DNA from: an uncultured Planctomycetota bacterium
GTDB taxonomy: Bacteria; Planctomycetota; Planctomycetia; Pirellulales; Lacipirellulaceae
DNA: 64,000 nt
NCBI GenBank assembly: GCA_963719315.1
Contig: CAVRBU010000004.1
Coordinates: 320,001 to 384,000 of the forward strand
Direction of reading: 5' to 3'
The notes under the pieces were generated by a model that saw only the letters and a list, made by a program, of their open reading frames with translations, ran no database searches and was not told where the DNA came from. Of the stretch, positions 19,633 through 30,586 are shown one piece after another. The translations under genes and the position numbers were made by a program. How positions within the stretch are numbered: the first letter of the stretch is position 1; every line of letters begins with the position of its first letter.

Positions 19633-19674
19633 AAGCCACCTCGGAAACGACGGCGTTTGCGAGGTGGCTTTTTT
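19633..19674 (+). terminator. Rho-independent terminator after tRNA-Cys
   Basis: AAGCCACCTCG...CGAGGTGGCTTTTTT. Confidence 0.75.
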
Positions 19675-19925
19675 ATTGGCCCCCACCGCCCGACGCAAGC
19701 CCGACTAGTGCTAGCGTTCGCTTCTGCTGAGTGGAGCAATGGTTCGGAGACCGCAGCGCAAGCAATGGACTTCGGCCGGGTGAGCGCACAACTCTCTTGC
19801 CTGCGATCCGGTCCAACGTCTGGCAACTCGCCTTGCGGGAGCTCCGCACCATCAGTATCCTTCGCGGCCTCGTCTCCGCCCTTAACTCTCTTCTCAATGG
19901 GGCGATCGACCGCGAAGGAGAATCG

Positions 19926-20597
19926 ATGGACCGTTCCCACGCTCGAGTTGCTGCCGCAAATCGAATCGTCGCCCTGCTGCTCGCCGCCACGCTGCTCATC
20001 GCGAACAGCGGCTGTCCGGCATTGCTGGCAACCGGTATCTATGTTTGGGAGGGAGGCAACTTTGCCCCGGCCGAATTCGAGGGTCTCAAAGGCCAGCGGG
20101 TTGTCGTGATGTGCAAGCCGCCGTCGTCGCACGAGTACCGGCATGCCGGCGCATCGCGGAACATCTCCGCGCGCGTGAGCGAGCTATTGGTCAAGAACAT
20201 CCGAGACATCGACGTCGTGAACCCGCGCGAAGTCGACAAATGGGTCGACGAAAGTGACTGGGGCGATTTCCGCGAACTGGCTCAAGCCGTGCATGCCGAC
20301 AAGGTCGTGCACATCGAACTAGCCGACTTCGAGCTGTATAAGGGCAAGACGCTCTATCAAGGCCGTGCCGACGTAACCGTCACGGTTTACGACATGAAAG
20401 ACCATAGCAAAGTATTGTGGGACAAACACCTGGGCGAAGTCCTCTACCCGGTGAACAGCGGTATCCCGGCCCAAGACAAGCCCGTACAACAGTTCGAACG
20501 TGAATTCATCGAGATTGTCTCCGACAAAATCGCGATGAGCTTCTATCGCCACGATCCGAACGAGCAATTCGCCATCGATGCCACGGCGAATCGATAG
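19926..20597 (+). CDS. Putative lipoprotein
   Basis: AAGGAG RBS and lipobox-like IANSGC. Confidence 0.7.
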   Translation: MDRSHARVAAANRIVALLLAATLLIANSGCPALLATGIYVWEGGNFAPAEFEGLKGQRVVVMCKPPSSHEYRHAGASRNISARVSELLVKNIRDIDVVNPREVDKWVDESDWGDFRELAQAVHADKVVHIELADFELYKGKTLYQGRADVTVTVYDMKDHSKVLWDKHLGEVLYPVNSGIPAQDKPVQQFEREFIEIVSDKIAMSFYRHDPNEQFAIDATANR

Positions 20598-20682
20598 ACG
20601 GCGTTGGGTATGAATTACTATTGTAAGTGGGCAGTACAAAGTAGCCTCACGTGCAATCACCGCCTATCGCTTGCGGCTTAGC

Positions 20683-22737
20683 TTACAATGGCGGCGGATC
20701 GCGGCGCGGCTTCTTCGGAGGGTCCATGCGCTCCGGTTTCGGACGATTCTTATTCCTTTCTGCCCGCGCTAGCCGGCCCCGCACGTCCGTAAACATCTCG
20801 TGCCACTCCCAGCCGAACGGTTGCCGCAGCTCCTTCTCTGCGTCCATCGCCCAGGGAGTGCCCTTGTGATCCGTCACCACACGGGTCAGATACTTCTTCG
20901 CTTCCTCGGCATCTCTTGCCAGGGCGCTGCTCACGGTGACCGACTCAGAAGGCTTGAGCTCCCAAGTGTCGCTCTGCTCTTCTTTAAACTTCATGCCTTG
21001 CTTCGCGATCGCAAGCATTGCATTGTAGCCCTCGGTCCGCACTTTTACGGCCAGCGCTCGGCCGATCGCCAGGTCGAAGCCGGCCTGCCAGCGGGGTGTG
21101 GCGACTTTGTCCCGGTCGCGCTCGCCTTGCCTCAAAATGCCGGACAAGGCCTCGATTTTCGGCTCCAACTTCGCCGCATCCCGCTGCGCGGTGGAAAGCT
21201 CGCGGGCGAATTGGCCATCGTCCACGCGCGGGAACCGAAGTCGCACGTTTTCCATCGGCGTCGTGGCCGAGAGACGCGAAGCCTCGACCAGCGCTGCACA
21301 TGCCTTGTTTGATTTGAGCAACTCGTAATACTGTTTGGCCGACACATAGTCGGGCCGGTAGTTCCGCATCACGCGTTCATCGAAAAACAGCGAGATATAC
21401 GACGACATGGCCGCCGTTTCCCAAGGCTGTACCTTCTTGCCCGATTCCCGATTCGGATGGACCGTGAAATACAGGCCGCCCGTTTCGTACGCCAGTCGGC
21501 TCAGCCCAAACGGACCGAAGCCCGAATCGACCTGTTCCTCGTCCTTGGCCGTGCCGCCGAAGAGCAGCATCAACCGTTCGGGCAGCAGCGATTCCGGCCC
21601 TTGGTGCACCGGCACCTTTTGCGGCGTTTGATCGTACTTCGGGTCCGGATCGACGTATTTCACAAACGCCGTCTCGCGACCAAACGGGGACGGTACGCCG
21701 ATCACGTACACCGGCATTTCATATTTGCGACACACATCCACTGCCGCATCGAGCGCTTGAATATCGTCGCCCGCTTCATCCGTGAACACGACGATCATCA
21801 CGTTCCGCCGCGGCGAAGCCAAACGCTGCATGCGAAACTTGTCGGCCAGAAAGCCAACCGATTCGAACACATTTTCTTTCCCGTCGCCGTTCGGATCGTC
21901 CTCGATGGCACGCACCGCTGCCTTGATCTCCTCCAAATCGGCCGTGGGTTTGGGCGTCAACAACTTCACGGAACTGCCAAACTCCGCGATCGAAGTCAGC
22001 AGCGGCTGTTGGCCATGTCGCTTGAACGCCTCGTTGCCAGAAGTCTCAATAATGCCAAGCTCCTTGTACACGCGATCGAAACGCTTGGCGATCGATTCGC
22101 GCTGTGGCTTAAGACTGCCCGACTGGTCGAACAACCAGGCCACGAGCGTGGGCCGCTCATCGAGCGATAACACGATTTCGTGCGTAATGCGATCGACCGC
22201 CCCGGTTGCCCCGGTCGTGCCGGCGGTGCCGGAACCCTTAGTGATCACATTATCGGGCAGATTCGGGCCTTCGAGGATCGTGCGATTGAACTCGTGGACC
22301 TCAATGTTGCCGACGGCAGTCGTAGGCTCTAGCTCGTATGAAATCCGGGATTCCGCCGCCTCGATCGGCGCGGAAGGCCGGGCTGCGTCCAATCCGCTCT
22401 CGCTGAGCGCGCCCACTTGCTCGTGCACATCCGGCGAGAAGTGAAATTCCTGCGCCAGCGGTGTATCGTCGAGTTCCTCGAGTGGGGCCGTTGTGAGCAG
22501 CAGTTTGTCGCGAATCGGGATGTAAAGCGTGAGTGACGCCAACACGACGATTACGGCCAGATGCACCGTAAAGCTAACAAGCCAGGCGGAGAAATCGCGG
22601 AACGTAGGCAACCCTGCGCGAAAGGCGCCTAGTTTCGACCACAGCCGCGGATTTTCGACCGTCGCCACGTCCAGTCCCTCACCACCGTTCCGCCGGCCTG
22701 CCGCGGGGCTCGAACCGGCCTTCCCAGCCACTATCAA
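20683..22737 (-). CDS. Membrane-anchored VWA-domain protein
   Basis: TM with SFTVH, MIDAS-like FDQSGS and FTDEAGDD. The start may be slightly downstream. Confidence 0.85.
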   Translation of the reverse strand: MIVAGKAGSSPAAGRRNGGEGLDVATVENPRLWSKLGAFRAGLPTFRDFSAWLVSFTVHLAVIVVLASLTLYIPIRDKLLLTTAPLEELDDTPLAQEFHFSPDVHEQVGALSESGLDAARPSAPIEAAESRISYELEPTTAVGNIEVHEFNRTILEGPNLPDNVITKGSGTAGTTGATGAVDRITHEIVLSLDERPTLVAWLFDQSGSLKPQRESIAKRFDRVYKELGIIETSGNEAFKRHGQQPLLTSIAEFGSSVKLLTPKPTADLEEIKAAVRAIEDDPNGDGKENVFESVGFLADKFRMQRLASPRRNVMIVVFTDEAGDDIQALDAAVDVCRKYEMPVYVIGVPSPFGRETAFVKYVDPDPKYDQTPQKVPVHQGPESLLPERLMLLFGGTAKDEEQVDSGFGPFGLSRLAYETGGLYFTVHPNRESGKKVQPWETAAMSSYISLFFDERVMRNYRPDYVSAKQYYELLKSNKACAALVEASRLSATTPMENVRLRFPRVDDGQFARELSTAQRDAAKLEPKIEALSGILRQGERDRDKVATPRWQAGFDLAIGRALAVKVRTEGYNAMLAIAKQGMKFKEEQSDTWELKPSESVTVSSALARDAEEAKKYLTRVVTDHKGTPWAMDAEKELRQPFGWEWHEMFTDVRGRLARAERNKNRPKPERMDPPKKPRRDPPPL

Positions 22738-22977
22738 TCATCTTCCATCGGCGCGGTTTCGGCAACTAGAAGGCAGCAAAGTGGCAGGCATGCTCCGCAT
22801 GCTGTGGGCCGCCGTTCGGAAGCGACATTTTCCTTGCCCCATGACGACACGCGAGCGGACCTACTACTTTGGCGACCATTCGTTTGCCGCTGCAAATCCG
22901 AGTATAATAGGGCTGACCCCGGCCCGAATTCGAGAAAAATCAACCGCCGGCTATCGAGTAAGTGCAGGAGCTTGTTC

Positions 22978-23949
22978 ATGAACATCGGCCAAAACCTAAT
23001 CCGACTGGCATTGATCGTTGGTTTTATGGCAGCCACCGCCGGCCCAGCCGCTGCGCAGGATCGCGAAGGTCCGCCCGCCGAACCCGTCAATCTGGTCACT
23101 AAAGATGGCGTGCAACTCAAGGCGACCTACTATCCGGGCGCCGCTCGCAAGGGTTCCACGCAGGCGAAACAAACTACACCCGTCATCCTGCTGCACGATT
23201 TCAAGGGCACGCGGGCCGTGTACAGTCAACTCGTTGCGAAGCTCCAAGCTTCCGCCGAGCCAGGCGTCGAGCACCCGTACTTTGCCATACTCGCCGTCGA
23301 TCTTCGCGCTCACGGTGCAAGCACGAAGCAGTTTTCGCCCGACGGCGCCGTCACCGATCTCGACGCCGCCAAACTTTCCAAGGAAGGCCTTTTCGCGATG
23401 GCTAGCCTCGACATGGAAGCTATCCGCAGCTTCCTGGTGGATAAGAACGACGCCGGCGAATTGAACATCAATAAGTTGTGCCTCGTCGGCTCCGGAATGG
23501 GGGCGAGTGTCGCGGTAAACTGGGCCGCCATCGATTGGGCGGCACCGCCGCTAGCCGTTGGTAAACAGGGTCAAGACGTGAAGGCAGTCGTGCTCATTTC
23601 GCCCCGCTGGTCGTACAACGGCCTGTCGATGCAAGAGCCCATGAAATTCGCGCTCCTCAAAAAGAACGTGGCTTGGCTACTGATTTGTGGTGGTCAAGAC
23701 AGCAAGGTCAAAGCAGATTTCGAGCGCGTTCAGAGTCAATTGGAAAGATTTCACCCGGCCACGGAAAAGAAATCCGGCACTCCCATGCGTAGTGGCTTAG
23801 TGACGAGCCTGATCCCCTCCAGCCTGCAAGGCGATAAGCTTCTCTCCCAAACGGGCGATGTGATCGACGACCAGATCGTCAAGTTTCTCACGGATAACGT
23901 GGCCGATTTGCAGCATCCCTGGACCAGCCGCCGCAATCGCCTACCATAG
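22978..23949 (+). CDS. Secreted alpha/beta hydrolase
   Basis: VILLHD, DLRAHGAS and nucleophile-elbow-like GSGMGA. Confidence 0.8.
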   Translation: MNIGQNLIRLALIVGFMAATAGPAAAQDREGPPAEPVNLVTKDGVQLKATYYPGAARKGSTQAKQTTPVILLHDFKGTRAVYSQLVAKLQASAEPGVEHPYFAILAVDLRAHGASTKQFSPDGAVTDLDAAKLSKEGLFAMASLDMEAIRSFLVDKNDAGELNINKLCLVGSGMGASVAVNWAAIDWAAPPLAVGKQGQDVKAVVLISPRWSYNGLSMQEPMKFALLKKNVAWLLICGGQDSKVKADFERVQSQLERFHPATEKKSGTPMRSGLVTSLIPSSLQGDKLLSQTGDVIDDQIVKFLTDNVADLQHPWTSRRNRLP

Positions 23950-23981
23950 TTTCGCCGCGCCGAGGCAGATCAAGTTGAGAG

Positions 23982-25013
23982 CTATTCAAACGGCACTGGC
24001 CGCGCAAGTTGTGCCCGCGGGATAATATCCTCGCCGGATGACATCGCTCGAACTGGAACCAAGTTACCGCTGGCCGCTTCTCGCACCGAGCTGCCGTTCG
24101 GAAAACTGGCCCGACGACTTTGCCAGTCCCAAGACGTGCGCAACGCGCGATCGGGCATTTGGAGTTCGGCGCCGATCGGCAACAAATCGGGATTCGACAA
24201 GAGCCCGCGATTCAGCTCGAAGATCTCGGCGCTGCGCTGCGGATCACCAAGGTACCGGCCGGCCAGCTTCTCCAGGGAGTCGCCATCGACGACCACGTGA
24301 ATACGCGGCTCTTCGCGTTCTTCGGTAGCTGGCCAAGGGGGCGCGGCGAGTCGGTCGTTGTCCGCAACTTTTGCGGGCACATCGTAAGCCGCGTTTGTGG
24401 CCGATGTGGCACCACCGTCGCTCGCAAAACTTGTTGGCAAGAGCTGCGGTGCTTGCCCATCCGCATTCACGTTGTATACATCATCGTTGTGCGAGAACGC
24501 GAGATGCTCCGATTCAACCGGTGGCGTCCGGCGAATCGTAGCCGGGCTGCGCGGTTCATTGCCGATCGGCCGCGGCGCCTCGTGGCGTAAACTCGCCCGA
24601 GGAGCGCCATTGAACCACGGCCCGAATCGATTCGATTCCGCAACAGCAGTCGCACGCGGCGGAGTGATCTCAGTAGCATGCTCGCCGATCGTTGCTGCGA
24701 TCGGAGCAAGGTGCGGTTCCAACAGCGGAGCTTGCAGCGCGTTGGGCGTTGTAATTGCAGAATCGGCGGCAGCCGCATCCGGCACCAGGCGAACGCTGCT
24801 CGCCGGCCAGGCGCCGATCGCCGGTTCGACCGGCGCGGCTCCGACCAGATGCCCCAGGTTCGGCGTCGCTGAATTTAGCGCTTGCTGAAGGGCAGCCGGC
24901 TCGCCCAACAGAACGGCGACGCCGAGGCCGGTCCCCATCAGAGCAGCCGCAATGAACAACTTACGAAACGCAGTCACGTCGAAACCTCGAAATCGAGCGA
25001 ACGCGGGATTCAC
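23982..25013 (-). CDS. LysM peptidoglycan-binding domain protein
   Basis: HVVVDGDSLEKLAGRYLGD...IFELNR..LSNPDLLPIGAELQMP. Confidence 0.85.
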   Translation of the reverse strand: MNPAFARFRGFDVTAFRKLFIAAALMGTGLGVAVLLGEPAALQQALNSATPNLGHLVGAAPVEPAIGAWPASSVRLVPDAAAADSAITTPNALQAPLLEPHLAPIAATIGEHATEITPPRATAVAESNRFGPWFNGAPRASLRHEAPRPIGNEPRSPATIRRTPPVESEHLAFSHNDDVYNVNADGQAPQLLPTSFASDGGATSATNAAYDVPAKVADNDRLAAPPWPATEEREEPRIHVVVDGDSLEKLAGRYLGDPQRSAEIFELNRGLLSNPDLLPIGAELQMPDRALRTSWDWQSRRASFPNGSSVREAASGNLVPVRAMSSGEDIIPRAQLARPVPFE

Positions 25014-25258
25014 CAGCCCGGTGAAACCAACGTCCAGCTTGCGACGGGTTCGTCCGTGAACTTACATCGAGACCGCGCCTGTCGCGCAGTCTGCTCTATT
25101 CTTCGTCACGCAGCGTGCCGTAGTTCGCGCGCAAGTAGGGTGGGCGCCCGGTTTTCGTGATCGCACAATCCGTCGGCGTGCAATAGAGAAACTATTCTCG
25201 ACGGGCAAATTGTGCCGATTGTGACGATCGACGCGTCCGAATCCGACTGGGCAAGATG

Positions 25259-28200
25259 TCAGCGCGCCGGCTGCATCCTGCGCGTCGTTGTTGCCGGCGC
25301 CTCGGGAACCTGCGCCGCACTTACGCCGCTAAGCCACAACAGCACGGGTGAAGCAACATAGATCGAACTGTACGTACCGACTACGACGCCCACCAAGAAC
25401 GCAAATGCAAAGCTGTGGAGTCCTGCGCCGCCGTAAAGGTATAGAACGACCACGACGATGAACACGGTAAACACGGTCAGGATCGTCCGGCTCAACGTCT
25501 GATTGATGCTGTCGTTCACCATCTTAGCCGTCAGCCGCGGCGTCTTGCCTTTGATCTCGCGCAAGCGGTCGAATGTCACGATCGTGTCGTTCACCGAGTA
25601 GCCGATGATCGTCAACAGCGCCGCGACGATCGTCAGGTTAATCTGGAACGAATCGATTCTCAGCGCGTGAGCCAGCGCGGGCACCGCCTCGACGATGTAA
25701 TAACTCAGGGCGATCATGCCGATGGTCATCAGCACGTCGTGAATTAATGCCACTCCGGCAGCGATCCCGTAGGCCGGTTTGTGGAACCTGAGCCACAGGT
25801 AGATAATCATCGCCACGATGCTGATGGAGGTCGCCAAGAGTGCCTGAAATTGCATGTTCGCCGACACTCGCCCACCGATCGTATTGGCCAACGGAAACAG
25901 GGGCGTGTTTTGCAATTCGGTTTGCAGATGTTCGAGCACGCCGCGCGTTTCGGCTTCGTCGAGGCCGGTAAACCGAGCCGTCCATTGAGGAAGTCGCACA
26001 CTACTGCCCGTACGATGTTCCGGGTTGGTCAACGTGACGCGCACCCCCGGATGGCCCTGCTTCGCGAGCGCCAATACGATTTGATCCTCGAGCGCATCGT
26101 GGGTCATGCCTTTCTCATCCGCGTACTCCGGCCCGGCATTCACCAACAGCTTGGCCTCGGTCCCCGTAAAGTCCGCGTCGGCAACCGGCTTCAAGCCCTG
26201 GAACTCAAGCGAATACCTTTTGAGCTTATCGCCGAACTCCTTGACGATCGCGCCTTTGACCTTGTCCACCTCTTGCTCGCTGGTATCCACGGTGTACCCG
26301 GTGTTCTTGTCGCCGCGCCCGACGATCAGGAGGTTTTTATCGGCGAGATCGGTTTTTACCAGCACGTTCCGAACGTCTGCCAGCGACATCTTGTCTTTGT
26401 CGTTCAGCGTGAATGTGACCGACGACCCGCCCGTGAAGTCGATATCCAGCAGTTGCGAGCCGCGGAAGTAGGCCGCGATCATCCCAATTCCAATCAGTGT
26501 CCAGGACCCGACCAGCATGATCCACCGCAACCGCAGAAAGTCGAAATTCGGCTTCGAGAAAATGTGCATCATGCGGAGCTGCTTGATCCAGCCGCGTCGC
26601 TCGGCAATATCAAAGATCAAACGCGCCACGAAGATGGCAGTGAACATGCTGGTCAGAATGCCCAACACCAACGTGATGGCGAAGCCCTTCACCTGGTCGG
26701 TGCCGATGTAAAATAGCACGATGCCGGAGATAATCGTCGTCAAATTCGAGTCGACGATCGCGCTCATCGCGCGGCCGAAGCCGTTGCGAATGGCCATTCG
26801 CAGCGCGGCTCCGTTATCCAGCTCTTCGCGAATTCGTTCGTAGATGAGCACGTTGGCATCGACCGACATACCGACCGTGAGCGCCAAACCAGCCAGGCCC
26901 GGCAACGTGAACGCGGCTTTGATCAGCACCATCAACGCCAACACCATCAGCAGGTTGAGAGTGAGCGCCATGCAGGCGACGATGCCGGCGAATCGGTAGT
27001 ACACGATCATGAAGGCCACGACACCCAAAAGCGACGCAATGATCGCTCGCTTGCCTTGCTCGACCGTCTGCCCACCCAACGTCGGGCTGATGATTTCCTG
27101 GCTGATCGGCGTTTTGTTGATAGCCGCTTGTAAACTTCCCGCGTTGAGTACCTCGACGTAGAGTTCTACTTCGCGGTCGGTCATCGATCCTCCGCTGATT
27201 TGGCCGCGGCTAGAGATAGTCGAATTGATGCTGGGCGCGTTGACAAGTTTTCCATCGAGTAATATCCCCAATAACCGCTTCTTCTCCGGCGTCGCAGGGT
27301 TCGGCAAGTTATGACTCGTGAGTCCTTCAAACCGCTGAGCTCCGGCAGCATTGAAGGAAAACTGCACATCCGGATTGCCGCGATCGTCTATACCCTTTGT
27401 GACGCTGCTAAGATACGCGCCCGTTACGTTGTAGCTGTCGATGAGCACCAGGATTTCAGGCCCGTCAATTCCTGTCCGTTTTACGAATCCATTTTGCCGA
27501 TCAACCGGACCGAACTCTTTGGCTTCCAGGTCATAGGGTACCCATTTGGCGATCAATCGACCGCCCAGCATCACCTCTTGCTTGTTAGGCGGCACAAGTT
27601 TCGCGGCATCGATTGCGGGCTTATCCTTTGGCGTTTCCGGATCAGCAGTGATTCGGAATTCAAGCTGCCCCATCTTCGTAATTTTTTCCTTCACGAAGTC
27701 CATCTCGTCTTGACCAACCTGAGGAATAATTATTTCCACTGCTGGTCCATATTCGCGAACCGTGATTTCCTTGGTCCCGTCTGGATCCAAACGCTGCTTG
27801 AGCGAGCCGATGAGTTCCACCATCGTGAATTCCCGGCCTCCACTTATTAGCCTTTGCGCACTAGCCGTTGTATTCGAATTCTGGGGACCAGACACGGCTT
27901 TTGGCGCATCCTGCAACTCGTAAATCAGCGTGATGCCGCCGGCCAGGTCGGGCCCGAATTTGAACTGACCGAACGTGCACACCAGGATCGAACCTGCCAA
28001 AATGCCGAGCGTTAGACTGATCTTCCAGGCGTGATCGGGCATCTTCCAGATCCGCCCCAGGTAGTTGCCCGCCAAGATCGGTAACACGAACAGCGCCAAC
28101 AGCGTCAATAACAAACTCCACGGTCCCCACCCGCTGTTTGCCACGTCCCCCGGCTTGGCTCCAGCGGCTTGAGCCGCTTTGGTGGCGAGCGAGTCCGCCG

Positions 28201-28558
28201 TTTTTCCGGCCGGCATCGACGTTCCGCTCTCAGCTTTCTTCTCGTACGTCGTAGCTGCCGAAGCCGGCGTGCTCGTGATGGCGGGAGTGCTCTCGGCTGC
28301 CGGCGCGTTTTCCGCAGCCTTCGCGGGCGCGGCCGGCTGCTCGTCGCTCTTCGTGGCCGGCTTCTCTGCCGACGCATTCGCCGGTGCATCGGCGTGAGTT
28401 TTCTCGGCCGGTTCGGCCGCCGCCGGTTTCTCATCGGCCTTGCCGGCCGTCTTCGTGTCCTGGCCCCAGCCGATTGCCGAGTTCATCAACACAGCCGTTG
28501 CCACGACCGCCGTCCACATCCACCAACGCCCGACCGATTTTGTATCGCAATTTCTCAT
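25259..28558 (-). CDS. secDF: Fused protein translocase subunit SecDF
   Basis: GPDLAGG, GMSVDANVLIYERIREE, DIDFTGG and GYSVNDTIVTFDRLRE. Confidence 0.95.
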   Translation of the reverse strand: MRNCDTKSVGRWWMWTAVVATAVLMNSAIGWGQDTKTAGKADEKPAAAEPAEKTHADAPANASAEKPATKSDEQPAAPAKAAENAPAAESTPAITSTPASAATTYEKKAESGTSMPAGKTADSLATKAAQAAGAKPGDVANSGWGPWSLLLTLLALFVLPILAGNYLGRIWKMPDHAWKISLTLGILAGSILVCTFGQFKFGPDLAGGITLIYELQDAPKAVSGPQNSNTTASAQRLISGGREFTMVELIGSLKQRLDPDGTKEITVREYGPAVEIIIPQVGQDEMDFVKEKITKMGQLEFRITADPETPKDKPAIDAAKLVPPNKQEVMLGGRLIAKWVPYDLEAKEFGPVDRQNGFVKRTGIDGPEILVLIDSYNVTGAYLSSVTKGIDDRGNPDVQFSFNAAGAQRFEGLTSHNLPNPATPEKKRLLGILLDGKLVNAPSINSTISSRGQISGGSMTDREVELYVEVLNAGSLQAAINKTPISQEIISPTLGGQTVEQGKRAIIASLLGVVAFMIVYYRFAGIVACMALTLNLLMVLALMVLIKAAFTLPGLAGLALTVGMSVDANVLIYERIREELDNGAALRMAIRNGFGRAMSAIVDSNLTTIISGIVLFYIGTDQVKGFAITLVLGILTSMFTAIFVARLIFDIAERRGWIKQLRMMHIFSKPNFDFLRLRWIMLVGSWTLIGIGMIAAYFRGSQLLDIDFTGGSSVTFTLNDKDKMSLADVRNVLVKTDLADKNLLIVGRGDKNTGYTVDTSEQEVDKVKGAIVKEFGDKLKRYSLEFQGLKPVADADFTGTEAKLLVNAGPEYADEKGMTHDALEDQIVLALAKQGHPGVRVTLTNPEHRTGSSVRLPQWTARFTGLDEAETRGVLEHLQTELQNTPLFPLANTIGGRVSANMQFQALLATSISIVAMIIYLWLRFHKPAYGIAAGVALIHDVLMTIGMIALSYYIVEAVPALAHALRIDSFQINLTIVAALLTIIGYSVNDTIVTFDRLREIKGKTPRLTAKMVNDSINQTLSRTILTVFTVFIVVVVLYLYGGAGLHSFAFAFLVGVVVGTYSSIYVASPVLLWLSGVSAAQVPEAPATTTRRMQPAR

Positions 28559-28578
28559 ATTCCACTCATTCCGCCGGT

Positions 28579-28630
28579 GTAGCCCGCTCGCTCCGCGAGC
28601 GGATTACTGCTCGCAAAGCGGGCAGACTAC
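28579..28630. repeat. GTAG...CTAC REP-like element
   Basis: GTAGCCCGCTCGCTCCGCGAGCGG...GCTCGCAAAGCGGGCAGACTAC. Confidence 0.6.
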
Positions 28631-28649
28631 ACTCAAGATTTCTCAATTG

Positions 28650-29117
28650 TTATGACTTGGTTCCGCCCGCCGCGCCGTCTTCGTCTTCGCCAGTCACTAC
28701 GCGAGCAATGGCCGACATGTTGAGCCGGATTTTTGTTCCCGTCGATTCGTCCACCCGAATCGTGACGCGCTGCGCGTCACGCTGCACGTTGGTGACGACG
28801 CCATAAATGCCGCCAATCGTGACCACGCGCTCGTTTTCTTTCAAACCGCCGATTTTCGCGCGGAGTTCCTGCTCCTTCTTCTTCTGTGGTCGCAGCATGA
28901 TGAAGTAAAACAGAATGCCAGTGATCAAGATCATGATCAGCAGGCGCGGCCCATCGGGCAGACCCTGAGGCGCCTCCGGCGCCGGAGCGGGGTTCGTTCC
29001 GGCAGCGGGCGGCTGCACCGGCGCTTTAGCGGCCGCGGGAGCCGGTGCGGGCGGTTGTGCCGGCGTCTCAGCCGCCGCTTGGGCCAGCAATATGCAGTGG
29101 AGTAAATACGCGATCAC
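28650..29117 (-). CDS. yajC: Preprotein translocase subunit YajC
   Basis: FYFIMLRPQKKKE...ERVVTIGGIYGVV, located between tgt and secDF. Confidence 0.92.
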   Translation of the reverse strand: MIAYLLHCILLAQAAAETPAQPPAPAPAAAKAPVQPPAAGTNPAPAPEAPQGLPDGPRLLIMILITGILFYFIMLRPQKKKEQELRAKIGGLKENERVVTIGGIYGVVTNVQRDAQRVTIRVDESTGTKIRLNMSAIARVVTGEDEDGAAGGTKS

Positions 29118-29389
29118 TGGGGCAAATATCCGGATGGAAAAAGAGCCTGATTTTGGGCGGCAGAACTGCCCCTTTGGGGCGTCCGCCGAGACGCTGTTTC
29201 GGAGCGGGTCAATCATCATAAGGTCAAGCGCCGCAACGGACAAGGGCGGCTCATCCGGTGCCGCCAAGCAGGCTCCGCGCCTGGACTGAGTTGGTTGAAG
29301 TTACCGGGCGGCACTGGAGGAAAAGACAAGGAGACAAGGAGAGGGGGAGACAAGAAGATTCGGTCGGGTGCCAGTGTCTTCTTGTCTCC

Positions 29390-30514
29390 TTACTCGCAAG
29401 TCGTAGTCCACCCGCGTCGACGCTCGATGAGGAGCGCTGCATACCGATCCTCGGCGATCGCCTGCCGTGCCTCCGCCATTAGCCTTTGATAATACGTCAG
29501 GTTGTGGATCGAAACCAACATCGGGCCGAGCATTTCGTTCGCCTGGAACAGGTGTCGCAAGTAGCCGCGACTATGCCGGCAAGCAGGGCAGCGGCACGAC
29601 ACATCGAGCGGCTCGCGATCGTGCGCGTGCTGCTGGTTGCGCAACCGAATCGGGCCGGTATCGGTGAACGCCAACGCATTGCGACCATTGCGCGTTGGCA
29701 TCACGCAATCGAATAAATCGATTCCCCGGCCGATCGCCTCCAACAAATCGATCGGCCGGCCGACGCCCATCAGATACCGCGGCCGATCGCGAGGCAGCAG
29801 CGGCGTCGTCACGTCGATCGCGACATACATTTGGGCCGGCGGCTCGCCCACACTCAAGCCGCCGATTGCGTAGCCGGCGAAATCGAGTTCAACCAGCCGC
29901 ACGGCGGACTCGGCCCGCAATTCCGCGTCCAAACCACCTTGCACGATGGCGAACAAAGCCTGGTCGGCCCGCGTGGCGGCCGCCTGGCAACGTTTTGCCC
30001 AACGCAAGCTGCGGCGCATAGCGTCGGCCACCACGTCGCGATCATTGGGGAGCGCCACCACGTGGTCGAACACCATCGCCACGTCGCTGCCAAGCTGTTC
30101 TTGAATTGCCACGGATCGCTCGGGCGTAAGCTCCACCGCCGCGCCGTCGATATGCGAGCGAAAGCGGACTCCACTCTCATCGAACTTCATTCGATCGGCC
30201 AGGCTGAAAACCTGAAACCCGCCGCTATCGGTGAGAATCGGGCCGTCCCACCCCATGAAGTTGTGCAGCCCACCGAGCGCCGCGACAGTTTGCTCACCCG
30301 GCCGCAGCGCGAGGTGATACGTGTTGGCGAGAATCATCTGTGCGCCCGTCTCGCGCAGCCGCCCCGGATCGACGCCTTTTACTGTGCCGAGCGTCCCCAC
30401 CGGCATAAACGCCGGCGTTTCCACATCCCCGTGCGGCGTTCTGAATCGCCCCAACCGTGCGTGCGATTCGGCTTCTTCGTGCAAAACGTCGAAGCCAAAT
30501 GCCGAGGATGTCAT
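29390..30514 (-). CDS. tgt: Queuine tRNA-ribosyltransferase
   Basis: [32 protein letters not shown] and CxCxxC Zn site. Confidence 0.97.
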   Translation of the reverse strand: MTSSAFGFDVLHEEAESHARLGRFRTPHGDVETPAFMPVGTLGTVKGVDPGRLRETGAQMILANTYHLALRPGEQTVAALGGLHNFMGWDGPILTDSGGFQVFSLADRMKFDESGVRFRSHIDGAAVELTPERSVAIQEQLGSDVAMVFDHVVALPNDRDVVADAMRRSLRWAKRCQAAATRADQALFAIVQGGLDAELRAESAVRLVELDFAGYAIGGLSVGEPPAQMYVAIDVTTPLLPRDRPRYLMGVGRPIDLLEAIGRGIDLFDCVMPTRNGRNALAFTDTGPIRLRNQQHAHDREPLDVSCRCPACRHSRGYLRHLFQANEMLGPMLVSIHNLTYYQRLMAEARQAIAEDRYAALLIERRRGWTTTCE

Positions 30515-30586
30515 TGAATTGCGCCGGCGAGAGCGATTTGGCTCGATTTTCGGCTCTCGACTTTCGACCCTCAGGTCTCGACCCGT

